Below, in pieces: positions 8,718 through 19,107 of a DNA stretch of 64,000 bases; within the stretch, counting starts at the first letter, position 1, and the number at the start of each line of letters is the position of its first letter. Origin of the DNA: an uncultured Lutimaribacter sp. (lineage in GTDB: Bacteria > Pseudomonadota > Alphaproteobacteria > Rhodobacterales > Rhodobacteraceae); the NCBI GenBank assembly GCA_913061505.1, contig CAJXSO010000012.1:1480-65479 (forward strand), in the 5' to 3' direction. The position numbers and the translations under genes are program-made. A model generated the notes under the pieces. It did no database searches, was not told the DNA's origin, and saw only the letters and a program-made list of their open reading frames with translations.

Positions 8718-9599
8718 ATGCGCGGCACACAGATCAGCTTGAATGGGCAAAGTTTTTTCTATCGCAGCTGGGGGCCCGCAGATGGCCCGACGATTTTGAT
8801 GTTGCACGGCTTTCCCGAATATAGCGGCGCGTGGGGCGAGCTGGCCGCCCAATTGCCCCACCACCGCATTATCGCCCCCGACCAGCGCGGCTATGGCCAA
8901 AGCTGGGCGCCCAGCGCCGTGGCCGAATATACCACCAGCAAATTGGTGGGCGATATGGCCGCGCTGATTGGCGCATTGGGGCTGGGCCCTGTGACCGTGC
9001 TGGGGCACGATTGGGGCTCGGCTGTGGCCTATGGCTTGGCCATGTTCCGCCCCGAATTGGTCAAGCATCTGATCGTGATGAACGGCGTGCACCCCGCCCC
9101 GTTTCAACAGGCTTTGGCCGCAGGTGGCGCACAAACTGCCGCCTCGCAATATATCCACTGGCTGCGGGCCGAGGGCACCGAGGCGCGGCTGCAAGAAAAC
9201 AATTTTGCCCGCCTGTCTGGCCTCTTTGCCGCCCATATGGATATGGCATGGCTGGATGGTGCGAAATTGCAGGCCTATCAGCAGGAATGGGCCCGCCCGG
9301 GGCGGTTGCGCGGCATGCTGAACTGGTATCGCGCCTCGCCGCTGGTGGTGGCAAAACCCGGCGCCCCTATCACCCGGCTGCCCGCCCTGCCCCGCGACCG
9401 GCTGCAGGTGCGCGTGCCGCATCTGCTGTTATGGGGCGAAAACGACACCGCCCTGTTGCCCGAAGCCACCGAAGGCCTAGAGGCGTTTTGCCCAGAATTG
9501 ACACGCCTCACCATCAAAGGCGCCGATCATTGGCTGCACCATCAAAAACCGGCAGAACTGGCGCAGGAAATCACCCGCTGGCTGGCCCAACACCCCTAG
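8718..9599 (+). CDS. Alpha/beta-fold hydrolase, epoxide-hydrolase-like
   Basis: HGFPEYSGAW motif and a nucleophile elbow GHDWGS with Asp as nucleophile. C-terminal ...GADHWLHHQKP supplies the His of the triad. Confidence 0.8.
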   Translation: MRGTQISLNGQSFFYRSWGPADGPTILMLHGFPEYSGAWGELAAQLPHHRIIAPDQRGYGQSWAPSAVAEYTTSKLVGDMAALIGALGLGPVTVLGHDWGSAVAYGLAMFRPELVKHLIVMNGVHPAPFQQALAAGGAQTAASQYIHWLRAEGTEARLQENNFARLSGLFAAHMDMAWLDGAKLQAYQQEWARPGRLRGMLNWYRASPLVVAKPGAPITRLPALPRDRLQVRVPHLLLWGENDTALLPEATEGLEAFCPELTRLTIKGADHWLHHQKPAELAQEITRWLAQHP

Positions 9600-9694
9600 A
9601 CATGCGGCATTTACCCGTGGCGGGGTTCGCAAACCCTTTTCCCCGGGCCCGTGCTCTGCCATAGTGGCGGCCAGCAAAATAAAGAGCAGCACAG

Positions 9695-11653
9695 ATGGCC
9701 GACGATCTTCTTTCCGCCCAGCAAGACAGCGATTATAACGCCTCATCGATCGAGGTTTTGGAAGGCCTGGAACCGGTACGCAAACGCCCCGGCATGTATA
9801 TTGGCGGCACCGATGAACGCGCGCTGCACCATATGGTTGCCGAGGTGCTGGACAATTCGATGGACGAGGCCGTGGCAGGCCATGCCAACCGCATCGAGGT
9901 GGAATTGCACGCCGATCACTCGGTCACCATTCGCGACAATGGCCGCGGCATCCCGATCGACCCGCACCCGAAATTTCCCGATAAATCCGCCCTCGAGGTG
10001 ATTTTATGCACCTTGCATGCGGGGGGTAAATTTTCGGGCAAAGCCTATCAAACATCGGGGGGCTTGCACGGGGTGGGTGCCTCGGTTGTGAATGCGCTAT
10101 CAGACAGCATGATCGTGCAAGTGGCGCGCAACAAAGAGCTTTATGAACAACGTTTCTCGCGCGGCACGCCGCTGGGCCCGGTGGCAAAGCTGGGCACAGC
10201 CCCCAACCGCCGCGGCACCACGGTGACATTTCACGCCGACGAGCAGATTTTTGGCAGCCATCGGTTCAAACCTGCGCGGCTTTTGAAAATGGTGCGCTCG
10301 AAGGCCTATTTGTTTTCGGGTGTGGAAATTCGCTGGAAATCGGCCATCGCCGATGGCGAAACCCCCAGCGAGGCCACGTTTCACTTTCCCGGTGGTCTGG
10401 CCGATTACCTGAAAGAAACCCTGGGCAACGCCAGCACCTATGCCGATCGTCCCTTTGCCGGCACGGTGGATTTTCAGGAAAAATTCAACACCCCCGGCAA
10501 GGTGGAATGGGCCATCAACTGGACACCCGCACGCGATGGGTTCATCCAGTCTTACTGTAACACCGTCCCCACCCCCGAGGGCGGCACCCACGAGGCCGGT
10601 TTCTGGGCCGCGATCCTGAAAGGCATCCGCGCCTATGGCGAGCTGATCAACAACCGCAAGGCCACGCAAATCACCCGCGAAGACCTGCTGACCGGGGGCT
10701 GCGCGCTGGTGTCGTGCTTTATCCGCGAGCCGGAATTTGTGGGCCAAACCAAAGACCGCCTTGCCACGGTCGAGGCCCAGCGCCTGGTGGAAAACGCCGT
10801 GCGCGACCATTTCGACAATTGGCTGGCGGCCGATACCAAATCTGCCGGGGCCATCCTTGATTTTCTGGTGCTGCGCGCCGAAGAGCGCCTGCGCCGCCGT
10901 CAGGAAAAAGAAACCCAGCGCAAATCGGCCACCAAAAAACTGCGCCTGCCCGGCAAGCTGGTCGATTGTTCGGCCACCGCCCGCGAGGGCACGGAACTGT
11001 TTATCGTCGAAGGCGACAGCGCGGGCGGCTCGGCCAAAATGGCCCGCGACCGGCGCAATCAGGCGCTGCTGCCGCTGCGCGGCAAAATCCTGAACGTGCT
11101 TGGGGCCGCATCGAACAAACTGACCTCGAACCAAGAGATATCAGACCTGACACAGGCCCTGGGCGTGGGGCTGGGCAGCAAATTCAACATCGATGATCTG
11201 CGCTATGACAAGATCATCATCATGACCGATGCCGATGTCGATGGCGCCCATATTGCGGCGCTGTTGATGACGTTTTTCTTCACCCAAATGCGCCCGATGA
11301 TCGATCATGGCCATCTTTATCTGGCCTGCCCGCCGCTTTATCGGCTGACCCAAGGGGCGCGGCGGCTGTATGTGTCGGATGATGTGGAAAAAGACATGTG
11401 GTTGCAAAAAGGGCTGGGCGGCAAAGGCAAGATCGACGTGCAGCGCTTCAAGGGCCTGGGCGAGATGGACGCCAAAGACCTGAAAGAAACCACGATGGAT
11501 CCCACCACCCGCAAACTGATACGCGTGACGATTGACGAAGACGAGCCAGGCGAAACCGGCGATCTGGTCGAGCGGCTGATGGGCAAAAAACCCGAGCTGC
11601 GTTTTCAGTATATCCAGGAAAACGCCCGTTTCGTCGAAGAGTTAGACGTGTAG
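9695..11653 (+). CDS. parE: DNA topoisomerase IV subunit B
   Basis: 652 aa type IIA topoisomerase B subunit. Motifs: LEGLEPVRKRPGMYIGGT, GLHGVGASVVNALS, EGDSAGGSAKMARDR (Toprim), PLRGKILNV, IMTDADVDGAHI. The length fits ParE rather than the roughly 800-aa GyrB. Confidence 0.9.
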   Translation: MADDLLSAQQDSDYNASSIEVLEGLEPVRKRPGMYIGGTDERALHHMVAEVLDNSMDEAVAGHANRIEVELHADHSVTIRDNGRGIPIDPHPKFPDKSALEVILCTLHAGGKFSGKAYQTSGGLHGVGASVVNALSDSMIVQVARNKELYEQRFSRGTPLGPVAKLGTAPNRRGTTVTFHADEQIFGSHRFKPARLLKMVRSKAYLFSGVEIRWKSAIADGETPSEATFHFPGGLADYLKETLGNASTYADRPFAGTVDFQEKFNTPGKVEWAINWTPARDGFIQSYCNTVPTPEGGTHEAGFWAAILKGIRAYGELINNRKATQITREDLLTGGCALVSCFIREPEFVGQTKDRLATVEAQRLVENAVRDHFDNWLAADTKSAGAILDFLVLRAEERLRRRQEKETQRKSATKKLRLPGKLVDCSATAREGTELFIVEGDSAGGSAKMARDRRNQALLPLRGKILNVLGAASNKLTSNQEISDLTQALGVGLGSKFNIDDLRYDKIIIMTDADVDGAHIAALLMTFFFTQMRPMIDHGHLYLACPPLYRLTQGARRLYVSDDVEKDMWLQKGLGGKGKIDVQRFKGLGEMDAKDLKETTMDPTTRKLIRVTIDEDEPGETGDLVERLMGKKPELRFQYIQENARFVEELDV

Positions 11654-11661
11654 GCGCCTGC

Positions 11662-11703
11662 CCCTTTGGCCCTGGCCCTTTAGCCCTGGCCCTTTGGCCC
11701 TAA
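11662..11703. repeat. Three tandem copies of a 14-bp unit in the parE / cytochrome c convergent gap
   Basis: CCCTTTGGCCCTGG, CCCTTTAGCCCTGG and CCCTTTGGCCCTAA read directly. The last copy contains the stop codon of the minus-strand cytochrome c gene. Confidence 0.8.
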
Positions 11704-12140
11704 CCCTGCGCCTGAATGCTTTCCAAATAGCGCAGCAGGGCGGCCAGGGGGCGCGGCACCGGCGTTTGGCTGCCATCCTCTAGTGTCACGGGCACAGTGG
11801 GCCCATCCAGAAAGGCGCCAAATTCGGGCATAGCGCCGCCGCGCGTGCCTTTGGCATAGCCATCTATCGCCGAAAGCACCCGTGTGCGGGGGAAATCACC
11901 ACCGTTTTGCGCGGAAATTTGGGTAAGATTGGCAGGCTTGCGCATCATGTCTTGCGCCAATTCCCCATCGCCCTGCCCGGTGCTGCCATGGCATTGCACA
12001 CAATTTTGCGCATAAAGGCGCTGCCCCTCGGCCGGGCTTGGCATGAAAGACCACAGCGCACAGCCTGCCAAAACGGGCAAGGCACACACAGACACCACAA
12101 GCAGCGGCAGACGCGGTTTCAACGGCAGGGTTTGGGCCAT
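11700..12140 (-). CDS. Membrane-anchored (lipoprotein-type) mono-haem c-type cytochrome
   Basis: Haem-binding CVQCH, a lipobox-like LPVLAGC, and a distal GGAMPEF Met ligand region. The start was re-anchored to ATG 12140 (MAQTLPLKPRLPLLVV). Confidence 0.8.
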   Translation of the reverse strand: MAQTLPLKPRLPLLVVSVCALPVLAGCALWSFMPSPAEGQRLYAQNCVQCHGSTGQGDGELAQDMMRKPANLTQISAQNGGDFPRTRVLSAIDGYAKGTRGGAMPEFGAFLDGPTVPVTLEDGSQTPVPRPLAALLRYLESIQAQG

Positions 12141-12313
12141 GATCACACCTTTCTTGGTCTTTGCCCTACCCTGCCCAAGCGCTGCCAATTAGGCAATGGG
12201 GCGGGCCGAAAAATGCCCCTCCCACGCCAATGGCAGGTGACAAGCCGCCCAAACCCGGCCATTCTGCCCCTGGCCATTATGGGCCCAACGACCACAGCAC
12301 AGGGGCGCGAGGC

Positions 12314-12718
12314 ATGCAAAAAGACGCAGCACAGGCTATTTTGGCAACAGGGTTTGCCCCTTGGGTGCAGGCGCTGGATATCACGGTCGATGCCATTGGC
12401 GATGACCGCGCCACCCTGTCTATTCCCATCACCGACCACATCGCGCGTATGGGCGGCATCGTGTGTGGGCAGGCGCAGGCCACGCTGGCCGATACATCGA
12501 TGGTTTTTGCCTGTTTTGCCGCCCTCGGTGGCCCGCACCCTGTGGCCACCACAAACCTCGATACCCAATTCATGCGCCCCGGCACCGGCACGCGGCTGCG
12601 CTGCGAGGCCCAGGTGGTGCGCCGTGGCAAGGCCTTGCTATTTGCGCGCGCCGATCTGTTTGCCGAACCCGACAACAAGCTGATCGCCAGCGCCACCGCC
12701 ACATTTTTCCAACCATAG
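12314..12718 (+). CDS. PaaI/hotdog-fold thioesterase
   Basis: GFAPWVQALDITVDAIGDDRATLSIPITDHIARMGGIVCGQAQATLADTSMVFA is the typical PaaI-family core. The start was re-anchored to ATG 12314; the upstream extension is Pro/Gly-rich. Confidence 0.75.
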   Translation: MQKDAAQAILATGFAPWVQALDITVDAIGDDRATLSIPITDHIARMGGIVCGQAQATLADTSMVFACFAALGGPHPVATTNLDTQFMRPGTGTRLRCEAQVVRRGKALLFARADLFAEPDNKLIASATATFFQP

Positions 12719-12726
12719 GCCCCACC

Positions 12727-13170
12727 ATGCAATCACCCCAAGTTTACGCAGCCGTCATGCTTTTGGCAGGGGTCGGCATACCGTTGATGGCCGCGCTAAA
12801 CGCCCAATTAGGCGTGCGCCTTGGGGCCCCCGTGGCCGCGGCCGCCTGCCTGTTTTCCATCGCCTTGCTGTGCAGTCTGGCCCTGCTGGCCGTGCAGGGG
12901 CCAAGCGCCTTGCTCAACCTGCCCCAAGCCCCCAAACACCTGTTTCTGGGCGGGGTGCTGGTGGCCTTTTACGTGCTGTCAGTTACCTTTATCGCCCCGC
13001 GGTTTGGCGTGGGGAATGCGGTATTTTTCGTGCTGCTGGGCCAGCTGATCAGCGCGGCTTTGATCGATCATTTTGGCCTGTTTGGCGCCCGCGTCAGCCC
13101 CGTATCTGCCCAGCGTTTGGGCGGCATCGCCTTGATGGCGGCGGGGGTGTTTTTGACGCAAAAGGCCTAA
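12727..13170 (+). CDS. DMT-superfamily small membrane protein (DUF606/YdcZ-like)
   Basis: 147 aa starting at ATG 12727 ([29 protein letters not shown]...) with 5 hydrophobic segments. The track ORF 12463..13170 is N-terminally over-extended. Confidence 0.65.
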   Translation: MQSPQVYAAVMLLAGVGIPLMAALNAQLGVRLGAPVAAAACLFSIALLCSLALLAVQGPSALLNLPQAPKHLFLGGVLVAFYVLSVTFIAPRFGVGNAVFFVLLGQLISAALIDHFGLFGARVSPVSAQRLGGIALMAAGVFLTQKA

Positions 13171-13862
13171 ACTTGGGTCAAAACCCCCGCCTCTAGCCGC
13201 ACCACCCGGTCCATACGGGCGGCCAAATCCATGTTATGGGTGGCCACAAGCGCCGACAGGCCGGTATCGCGCACCAAAGCAATCAGGGTTTCAAACACGG
13301 TATCCGATGTTGCCGGGTCCAGGTTGCCGGTAGGCTCGTCTGCCAGCAAAACCTGTGGCGCATTGGCCAAGGCCCGGCAAAAGGCCACGCGCTGCTGCTC
13401 GCCGCCTGACAGCGCAGCGGGGCGATGCGCCGCGCGCCCCTGCACCCCCACCTGCGCCATCAGCGCCAACGCGCGGGCGCGCGCCGCCCCTTGGCCCACA
13501 CCGGCGGCCAGTTGCGGCAGCATGATGTTTTCCAAGGCCGAAAATTCCGGCAAAAGATGGTGAAACTGATAGACAAAGCCCACGTCTTCGCGGCGCACAA
13601 GGGTGCGGCGGCGATCTGACAGGCCCTGCATCGGCTGTCCGGCGATCTCGACACTGCCCGCGTCGGGCGTGTCCAACAGCCCCGCCATATGCAGCAGCGT
13701 CGATTTGCCCGCCCCAGATGGCGCAACCAGCGCCACCATCTCGCCGCGCTCTAGCACCAAATCAACGCCGCGCAGCACCTCGATCGCGCCAGCTGTGCCG
13801 CGATTATAGGTTTTCTTGACGCCGCTCAGGCGCAAAGCCGGCGGGGGGGCGGTGTTATTCAT
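13167..13862 (-). CDS. lolD: Lipoprotein-releasing ABC transporter ATP-binding protein
   Basis: Walker [10 protein letters not shown], signature [15 protein letters not shown], Walker [12 protein letters not shown]. It overlaps the upstream LolC/E-type permease gene by 8 nt. Confidence 0.85.
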   Translation of the reverse strand: MNNTAPPPALRLSGVKKTYNRGTAGAIEVLRGVDLVLERGEMVALVAPSGAGKSTLLHMAGLLDTPDAGSVEIAGQPMQGLSDRRRTLVRREDVGFVYQFHHLLPEFSALENIMLPQLAAGVGQGAARARALALMAQVGVQGRAAHRPAALSGGEQQRVAFCRALANAPQVLLADEPTGNLDPATSDTVFETLIALVRDTGLSALVATHNMDLAARMDRVVRLEAGVLTQV

Positions 13863-15159
13863 AGCGCAATGCCTCGACCGGGTTCATACGCGCCGCTCGG
13901 CGGGCGGGGAAAATTGTAACGACAAAAGACAGCCCCAAAGACAGGCCCACCGCTGATAACACATCGTTCAGTTCCAGCCGGGCGGGCAGGTAATAGATGC
14001 CGCGGATCGACGGATCCCAGGCGTTGCCACCGCTTAAGCTGTTGATAAAGCTAAATATCGGGTCGATATACAGCGCAAAAAGGCAGCCCAGGGCCACGCC
14101 AAAAACCGTGCCCAAAATGCCCGTGAAGGCACCACAGATAAAAAACACCCGCAAAATGGCGCCTTCGGTCAGGCCCATGGTGCGCAAAATGCCAATATCG
14201 CGGCCCTTGTTTTTCACCAGCATGATCAGCCCCGAGACGATATTCATCGTGGCGATCAGCACCAGGATCGACAAGATCACAAACATCACCCTGTCTTCGA
14301 TTTCCAGCGCCGATAAAAACCCGCTGCTGGCATCGCGCCATGTCCAGATTTGCGCGCGCGGCCCGCCTGCAGCCAGCAAGGCGGTTGCCATTTCGTCTAC
14401 GCGTTCGGGGGCGGCCACCATCACCTCTAGCTCGTCGGCCACGCCTTGGCGGTTGAAAAACGATTGTGCCTCGGCAAAGGGCAGGTAGACGCGGGTGCGA
14501 TCGATATCATAGCGGCCCGCCGTAAACACATAGACCACCTCGTAGGGGCTGACGCGGGGCTTGGCGCCAAAGGGGGTTTTTACCCCATCGGGGCTGATCA
14601 GGCGAATGGTATCGCCCACCCCGACATTCAGCTCGCGCGCCACGCCCGAGCCAATGGCAATGCCCTCGGAAAAGCGGCCAATATCGCCCAAATGCCCATC
14701 CCCCTGCCCCACACGCGGAATGGCCTGCAGATCAGCCGGGGCAATGCCAAACACCTCGACCCCGGCGTTGCGGGTGCGCGCGTTGATCATCACCTGCCCC
14801 TTCACCAAAGGCGCCACGCGGGTGACACCGGGCAGCTTGGCAATATCTGTGGCGATTTGTGCATAATCGGGCATGGTGCGATCCAGCCGGCCTGTCACCG
14901 GGTCGATCTGGCCCATGGAATAGATCGTGACATGGGCATTGGCGCCCAAGATCGTATCGACAAATTCCGCCCGAAAGCCCGAGCGCACCGCCAAAGTGGC
15001 AATCAAGGCAAAGACCGCCAAGGTAATGCCAATCAGGCTGATCCATGTCATCACGCTAACGCCGCCCTCGGCCCGGCGGGCACGTAAATAGCGCCACGCG
15101 ATCATCCATTCATAGCGGGCAAAAGGCGCAGGCGATGGGGGGCGCTTTGGCGGCGGCAA
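13855..15159 (-). CDS. lolC: Lipoprotein-releasing system permease (LolC/LolE family, FtsX-type)
   Basis: 434 aa. N-terminal WRYLRARR motif, a large periplasmic loop, and a C-terminal FtsX domain ([16 protein letters not shown]...). Confidence 0.85.
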   Translation of the reverse strand: MPPPKRPPSPAPFARYEWMIAWRYLRARRAEGGVSVMTWISLIGITLAVFALIATLAVRSGFRAEFVDTILGANAHVTIYSMGQIDPVTGRLDRTMPDYAQIATDIAKLPGVTRVAPLVKGQVMINARTRNAGVEVFGIAPADLQAIPRVGQGDGHLGDIGRFSEGIAIGSGVARELNVGVGDTIRLISPDGVKTPFGAKPRVSPYEVVYVFTAGRYDIDRTRVYLPFAEAQSFFNRQGVADELEVMVAAPERVDEMATALLAAGGPRAQIWTWRDASSGFLSALEIEDRVMFVILSILVLIATMNIVSGLIMLVKNKGRDIGILRTMGLTEGAILRVFFICGAFTGILGTVFGVALGCLFALYIDPIFSFINSLSGGNAWDPSIRGIYYLPARLELNDVLSAVGLSLGLSFVVTIFPARRAARMNPVEALRYE

Positions 15160-15261
15160 GGGGAAACTCCGTACTGGCGTGCCGCGCGACCTTGCGCATT
15201 CGGGGCGGGCGGGTCAACCCCGCCAGCGCCCGCTTAGGCGGGTGCGCGCCCAATGCTGGCG

Positions 15262-15537
15262 CTAATGGCGGCGCAACACCATGCGCACCTGTGCGGGGTC
15301 TTTTGTGCCCTCAAGCACCACCTCGCCCCTGTTCAGCTGCAAGAGCACATCACCATTGGCGGTATGGGCACAGCGAATATCGGGCAGGGCTGCGCCATGG
15401 GGCTGCATCAGCACAACGGTATTGAACCCACCATCTGCCGTCGGCGCCACGATTCGCCGCGTCAGCCGGTTGGAAACATAAAGCGCGTTTTGCCAATACT
15501 CATCGCGCAAATCGCTGTTATCAAAGGCAATCATCAC
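15262..15537 (-). CDS. Hypothetical small protein (91 aa)
   Basis: This is the only ORF that makes sense in the 15160-15750 gap. There is no low-complexity bias and no family recognised. Confidence 0.4.
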   Translation of the reverse strand: MMIAFDNSDLRDEYWQNALYVSNRLTRRIVAPTADGGFNTVVLMQPHGAALPDIRCAHTANGDVLLQLNRGEVVLEGTKDPAQVRMVLRRH

Positions 15538-15693
15538 ACATCAGCCCTTTGCAGGCTTTTCTGCCTGTCTCACACACCACACACCAAGGCCACAGCGCCA
15601 CACACGCACCAAAGGCCCTGCCACAACTTGGCAGAGAATTTAACCAACCCCAAGCAAAAGCGGCGAAACAATGGCGTGCGCGATTAGCGACAA

Positions 15694-15727
15694 TAAAAAG
15701 GGCGCCCAGCCACTGGCCCGGCGCCCC
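15694..15727 (-). terminator. Rho-independent terminator downstream of proS
   Basis: On the minus strand the stem GGGCGCC (15726-15720) pairs with GGCGCCC (15706-15700). An inner GCC/GGC pair is also possible. The hairpin is followed by TTTTTATT. Confidence 0.7.
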
Positions 15728-15750
15728 CCGAAAATGTGATGATCTTTGCC

Positions 15751-17103
15751 TTAAAGCCCGCTTACCCGATGCGGTGCGTAGATCTGCACCAGCCGGTCAA
15801 CCGCGGCCTGGGGCGACATTTCCTCGCTTTCGCCGGTGCGGCGGCAGGTCAGCTCTACCACGCCTTTTTCCAGCCCGCGCGGCCCGACGGTGACGCGCCA
15901 TGGCAGGCCAATCAGATCCATCGTGGCAAATTTGCCGCCAGCGCGCTCTTTGCGGTCGTCATAAAGCGGCTCTAGCCCCTGCGCCACAAGCGCAGCATAG
16001 AGGCTGTCGCAGGCGGCATCGGCGGCGCTATCGCCTTGTTTGAGGTTCACAATACCTGCGTGGAACGGTGTAACACCTTCGGGCCAGATGATACCGCGCT
16101 CGTCGTGGCTGGCCTCGATGATGGCGCCGATCAGGCGGCTGACACCAATGCCATGGCTGCCCATATGCACCGGCACAGGCTTGCCATCGGGGCCCTGCAC
16201 CGTGGCGCCCATGGGTTCGGAATATTTGGTGCCAAAATAAAAGATCTGCCCCACTTCGATGCCCCGGGCCACGCGGCGGCGCGCCTCGGGGATCTGGGTG
16301 AACACGGCCTCGTCATGGGTTTCATCGGTGCGGGCGTAAAGCGCGGTGAACTCTTCCATGATGGCGCGGCACTGATCGTGATTGTCATAATCGATATCGC
16401 GCGCCCCAAGGCTGATATCGGTCACTGCGCTGTCATAAAACACCTCGGATTCGCCGGTTTCCGCCAAAACCAAGAATTCATGCGTATCATCGCCGCCAAT
16501 CGGGCCACTGTCGGCGCGCATGGGAATGGCCTGCAGGCCCATACGCTCGTATGTGCGCAGGTAGCTGACCAGATGGCGGTTATAGGCGTGCAGCGCGTCT
16601 TCCTTGGTCAGGTCGAAATTATAGCCATCTTTCATGTAAAACTCGCGCCCCCGCATCACGCCAAAGCGTGGGCGGATCTCGTCGCGGAATTTCCACTGGA
16701 TATGATACAGCGTCAGCGGCAGGTCTTTATAGCTGCCCACATTCGCGCGGAAAATATCGGTGATCATTTCCTCGTTGGTCGGGCCATAGAGCATATCGCG
16801 GCCCTGCCGATCGGTGATGCGCAGCATTTCCTCGCCATAGTCATCATAGCGGCCAGATTCGCGCCACAGATCAGCCGATTGCAGCGTGGGCATCAACATC
16901 GGGATATGGCCCGCGCGCATCTGTTCTTCGTGCACGATGTTTTCCAGCTTGCGCAGCACCTTAAAGCCCAGCGGCAGCCAAGAATATATGCCTGCTGACT
17001 GCTGTTTGATCATGCCCGCACGCAGCATGTAGCGATGGCTGACAATCTGCGCCTCGGCGGGCGTTTCTTTGAGAACGGGCAGGAAATAGCGGCTTAGGCG
17101 CAT
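15751..17103 (-). CDS. proS: Proline--tRNA ligase (short, alphaproteobacterial type)
   Basis: The true start is ATG 17103 ([34 protein letters not shown]). Class II motifs follow ([36 protein letters not shown]). The track ORF (614 aa) carries a spurious 163-aa N-terminal extension. Confidence 0.95.
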   Translation of the reverse strand: MRLSRYFLPVLKETPAEAQIVSHRYMLRAGMIKQQSAGIYSWLPLGFKVLRKLENIVHEEQMRAGHIPMLMPTLQSADLWRESGRYDDYGEEMLRITDRQGRDMLYGPTNEEMITDIFRANVGSYKDLPLTLYHIQWKFRDEIRPRFGVMRGREFYMKDGYNFDLTKEDALHAYNRHLVSYLRTYERMGLQAIPMRADSGPIGGDDTHEFLVLAETGESEVFYDSAVTDISLGARDIDYDNHDQCRAIMEEFTALYARTDETHDEAVFTQIPEARRRVARGIEVGQIFYFGTKYSEPMGATVQGPDGKPVPVHMGSHGIGVSRLIGAIIEASHDERGIIWPEGVTPFHAGIVNLKQGDSAADAACDSLYAALVAQGLEPLYDDRKERAGGKFATMDLIGLPWRVTVGPRGLEKGVVELTCRRTGESEEMSPQAAVDRLVQIYAPHRVSGL

Positions 17104-17289
17104 TGGAAACCTCGGGCAAATGGCTTTGGCCTGTCCTAGCGGGAAGGCGCCACGCTGGCAAGCGGGTGTGGGGGCTTCCACGCAAGGCACAGGCATCGGT
17201 GCAGGGCACCAATACAGGGCACACAGGCTTGGCCCTTGAAACCTGCGCGCAGGCACGCGACATAGGGACAACCAGCGATAGGGGGTTTC

Positions 17290-18357
17290 ATGGCACTGCC
17301 GGTGCGCGACCAGGTGCGGTATTGGGGAATAGCAGCAGCCGTTTTTGTGCTGGCGCTGTGGTTTTTGGGCGATGTGATCTTGCCCTTCGTTCTGGGCGGC
17401 GCCATTGCCTATTTTCTTGATCCCGTGGCCGACCGGCTGGAACGCTGGGGCGCCAGCCGCGCGCTGGCCACGGCCATTATCACCATCTGCGCCTTGATCA
17501 CCTTTGTGATTTTGGCGCTGCTGGTGGTGCCCACGCTGGTGCAACAGGCGGTCAATCTGGTCAATCTGGCGCCAAAACTGTTTGCCGATCTGCACAGTTT
17601 CCTGATCGAGCGCTTCCCCAGCTTAACCGAACAAGACGGCGTGCTGCGCCAATCGCTGGTGTCGGTGGGCGAAACCATCAAGGCGCGCGGGGGCGAGCTG
17701 GTGAATACCGTGCTGTCCTCGGCGATGTCGGTGCTCAATATCGTGATGCTTTTGGTCATCGTGCCGGTGGTGGCCTTTTACCTGCTTTACGACTGGGACA
17801 ACATGGTGGCCCGCATAGACGAGCTGCTGCCGCGTGATCATGCCCCGACAATCCGCCAGCTGGCCCGCCAGATCGATCAAACGCTTGCCAGCTTTATCCG
17901 TGGCATGGGCACGGTATGCCTGATTTTGGGCACATATTACGCCATTGCGTTAATGCTGGTGGGGCTGCAATTTGGCCTGGTGGTGGGCTTTATCGCGGGG
18001 CTTGTTACCTTTATTCCCTATGTGGGGGCGCTGTTGGGCGGGGCCTTGGCCATTGGGCTGGGGTTGTTTCAATTTTGGGGCGATTGGGTGCATCTGGCCA
18101 TGGTGGCGGGCGTGTTTGTGTTTGGCCAGATCATCGAGGGCAATGTGCTGACACCAAAATTGGTGGGCAGTTCGGTGGGGCTGCACCCGGTGTGGCTGAT
18201 GTTTGCGCTGTCGGTCTTTGGCACGCTCTTTGGCTTTGTGGGCATGTTGGTGGCAGTGCCAGTGGCAGCGGCGCTGGGGGTGATCGCACGGTTTTTGACC
18301 GGAACATACCAAGGCAGCCGCCTCTATCGCGGCCTGTCGCAACAAAACGAGGACTAA
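17290..18357 (+). CDS. AI-2E family transporter (PerM/YhhT-like permease)
   Basis: 355 aa polytopic membrane protein. It has the family-typical layout and C-terminal [22 protein letters not shown]...[15 protein letters not shown]. Confidence 0.8.
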   Translation: MALPVRDQVRYWGIAAAVFVLALWFLGDVILPFVLGGAIAYFLDPVADRLERWGASRALATAIITICALITFVILALLVVPTLVQQAVNLVNLAPKLFADLHSFLIERFPSLTEQDGVLRQSLVSVGETIKARGGELVNTVLSSAMSVLNIVMLLVIVPVVAFYLLYDWDNMVARIDELLPRDHAPTIRQLARQIDQTLASFIRGMGTVCLILGTYYAIALMLVGLQFGLVVGFIAGLVTFIPYVGALLGGALAIGLGLFQFWGDWVHLAMVAGVFVFGQIIEGNVLTPKLVGSSVGLHPVWLMFALSVFGTLFGFVGMLVAVPVAAALGVIARFLTGTYQGSRLYRGLSQQNED

Positions 18358-19058
18358 TGGCCACCCAACTTGGCTTTGATCTGCCCGTGCGCGCGGCGCT
18401 GGGGCGCGAAGATTTCTTCGTATCGCCCGCCAATGCCATGGCGGTGGCGCTGCTAGAGGGCTGGCAGGGCTGGCCCGGGCGCAAGCTGCTGCTGATCGGG
18501 CCTGCGGGGGCGGGCAAAACCCATCTGGCCCATGTTTGGGCCGCCCAAAGCAGCGCGCGCATCTTGCCCGCAGCGGGCCTGGAGCAGGCCGATATCCCAG
18601 CCTTGGCGCAGGGCCATGTGGTGGTTGAAGATATCGATCAGATCGCAGGCCAACAGGGCGCGGAACAGGCGCTTTTTCATCTGCATAACCTGGTCATCGC
18701 CGAGGGCCACAGCCTGTTGCTGACATCGGCCTGCGCGCCGCAGCATCTGGGCCTATCGCTGCCAGATCTGCAAAGCCGGGTGCAGGGCTGCCAATCGGCC
18801 AGCTTGGGCGCCCCCGATGACCGGCTGTTGGGCGCGGTGCTGATGAAGCTTTTTGCCGACAGGCAATTGGTGCCCACCCCCGATACGCTGCCCTATCTGG
18901 TGCGCTGGATGACCCGCTCGTTCGACAGTGCCCGCCAGATCGTGGCCGAAATGGATGCCCAGGCCCTGGCGCAGGGGCGCCCGCTGAACCGTGCATTGGC
19001 CCGCGAGGTGCTGGCACGGCACAGCCAACCAGACATGCTGGACAATCCCCCCGCATAA
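18357..19058 (+). CDS. hdaA: DnaA-related regulatory inactivator (Hda family)
   Basis: ATG 18357 overlaps the stop of the preceding gene (TAATG). Sequence [29 protein letters not shown]...LLLIGPAGAGKTHLAHVW (Walker A), about 233 aa. The track ORF 17916..19058 is over-extended. Confidence 0.85.
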   Translation: MATQLGFDLPVRAALGREDFFVSPANAMAVALLEGWQGWPGRKLLLIGPAGAGKTHLAHVWAAQSSARILPAAGLEQADIPALAQGHVVVEDIDQIAGQQGAEQALFHLHNLVIAEGHSLLLTSACAPQHLGLSLPDLQSRVQGCQSASLGAPDDRLLGAVLMKLFADRQLVPTPDTLPYLVRWMTRSFDSARQIVAEMDAQALAQGRPLNRALAREVLARHSQPDMLDNPPA

Positions 19059-19107
19059 GCGCAGGTTGCGTTAAGATACCGTTACAAACCCCGCGCATAA
19101 GCCCCTT

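Noticed and set aside
10100-11134. 344-aa ORF antisense to parE
   Set aside because: parE is unambiguous on the plus strand. The antisense product is Ala/Gly/Arg-rich with no motif.
15751-17595. 614-aa version of proS in the ORF track, plus the antisense 16036..16998 ORF
   Set aside because: The first 163 aa (His/Gln/Gly-rich) have no ProS similarity. The canonical N-terminus [15 protein letters not shown] starts at ATG 17103. The antisense ORF is a shadow.
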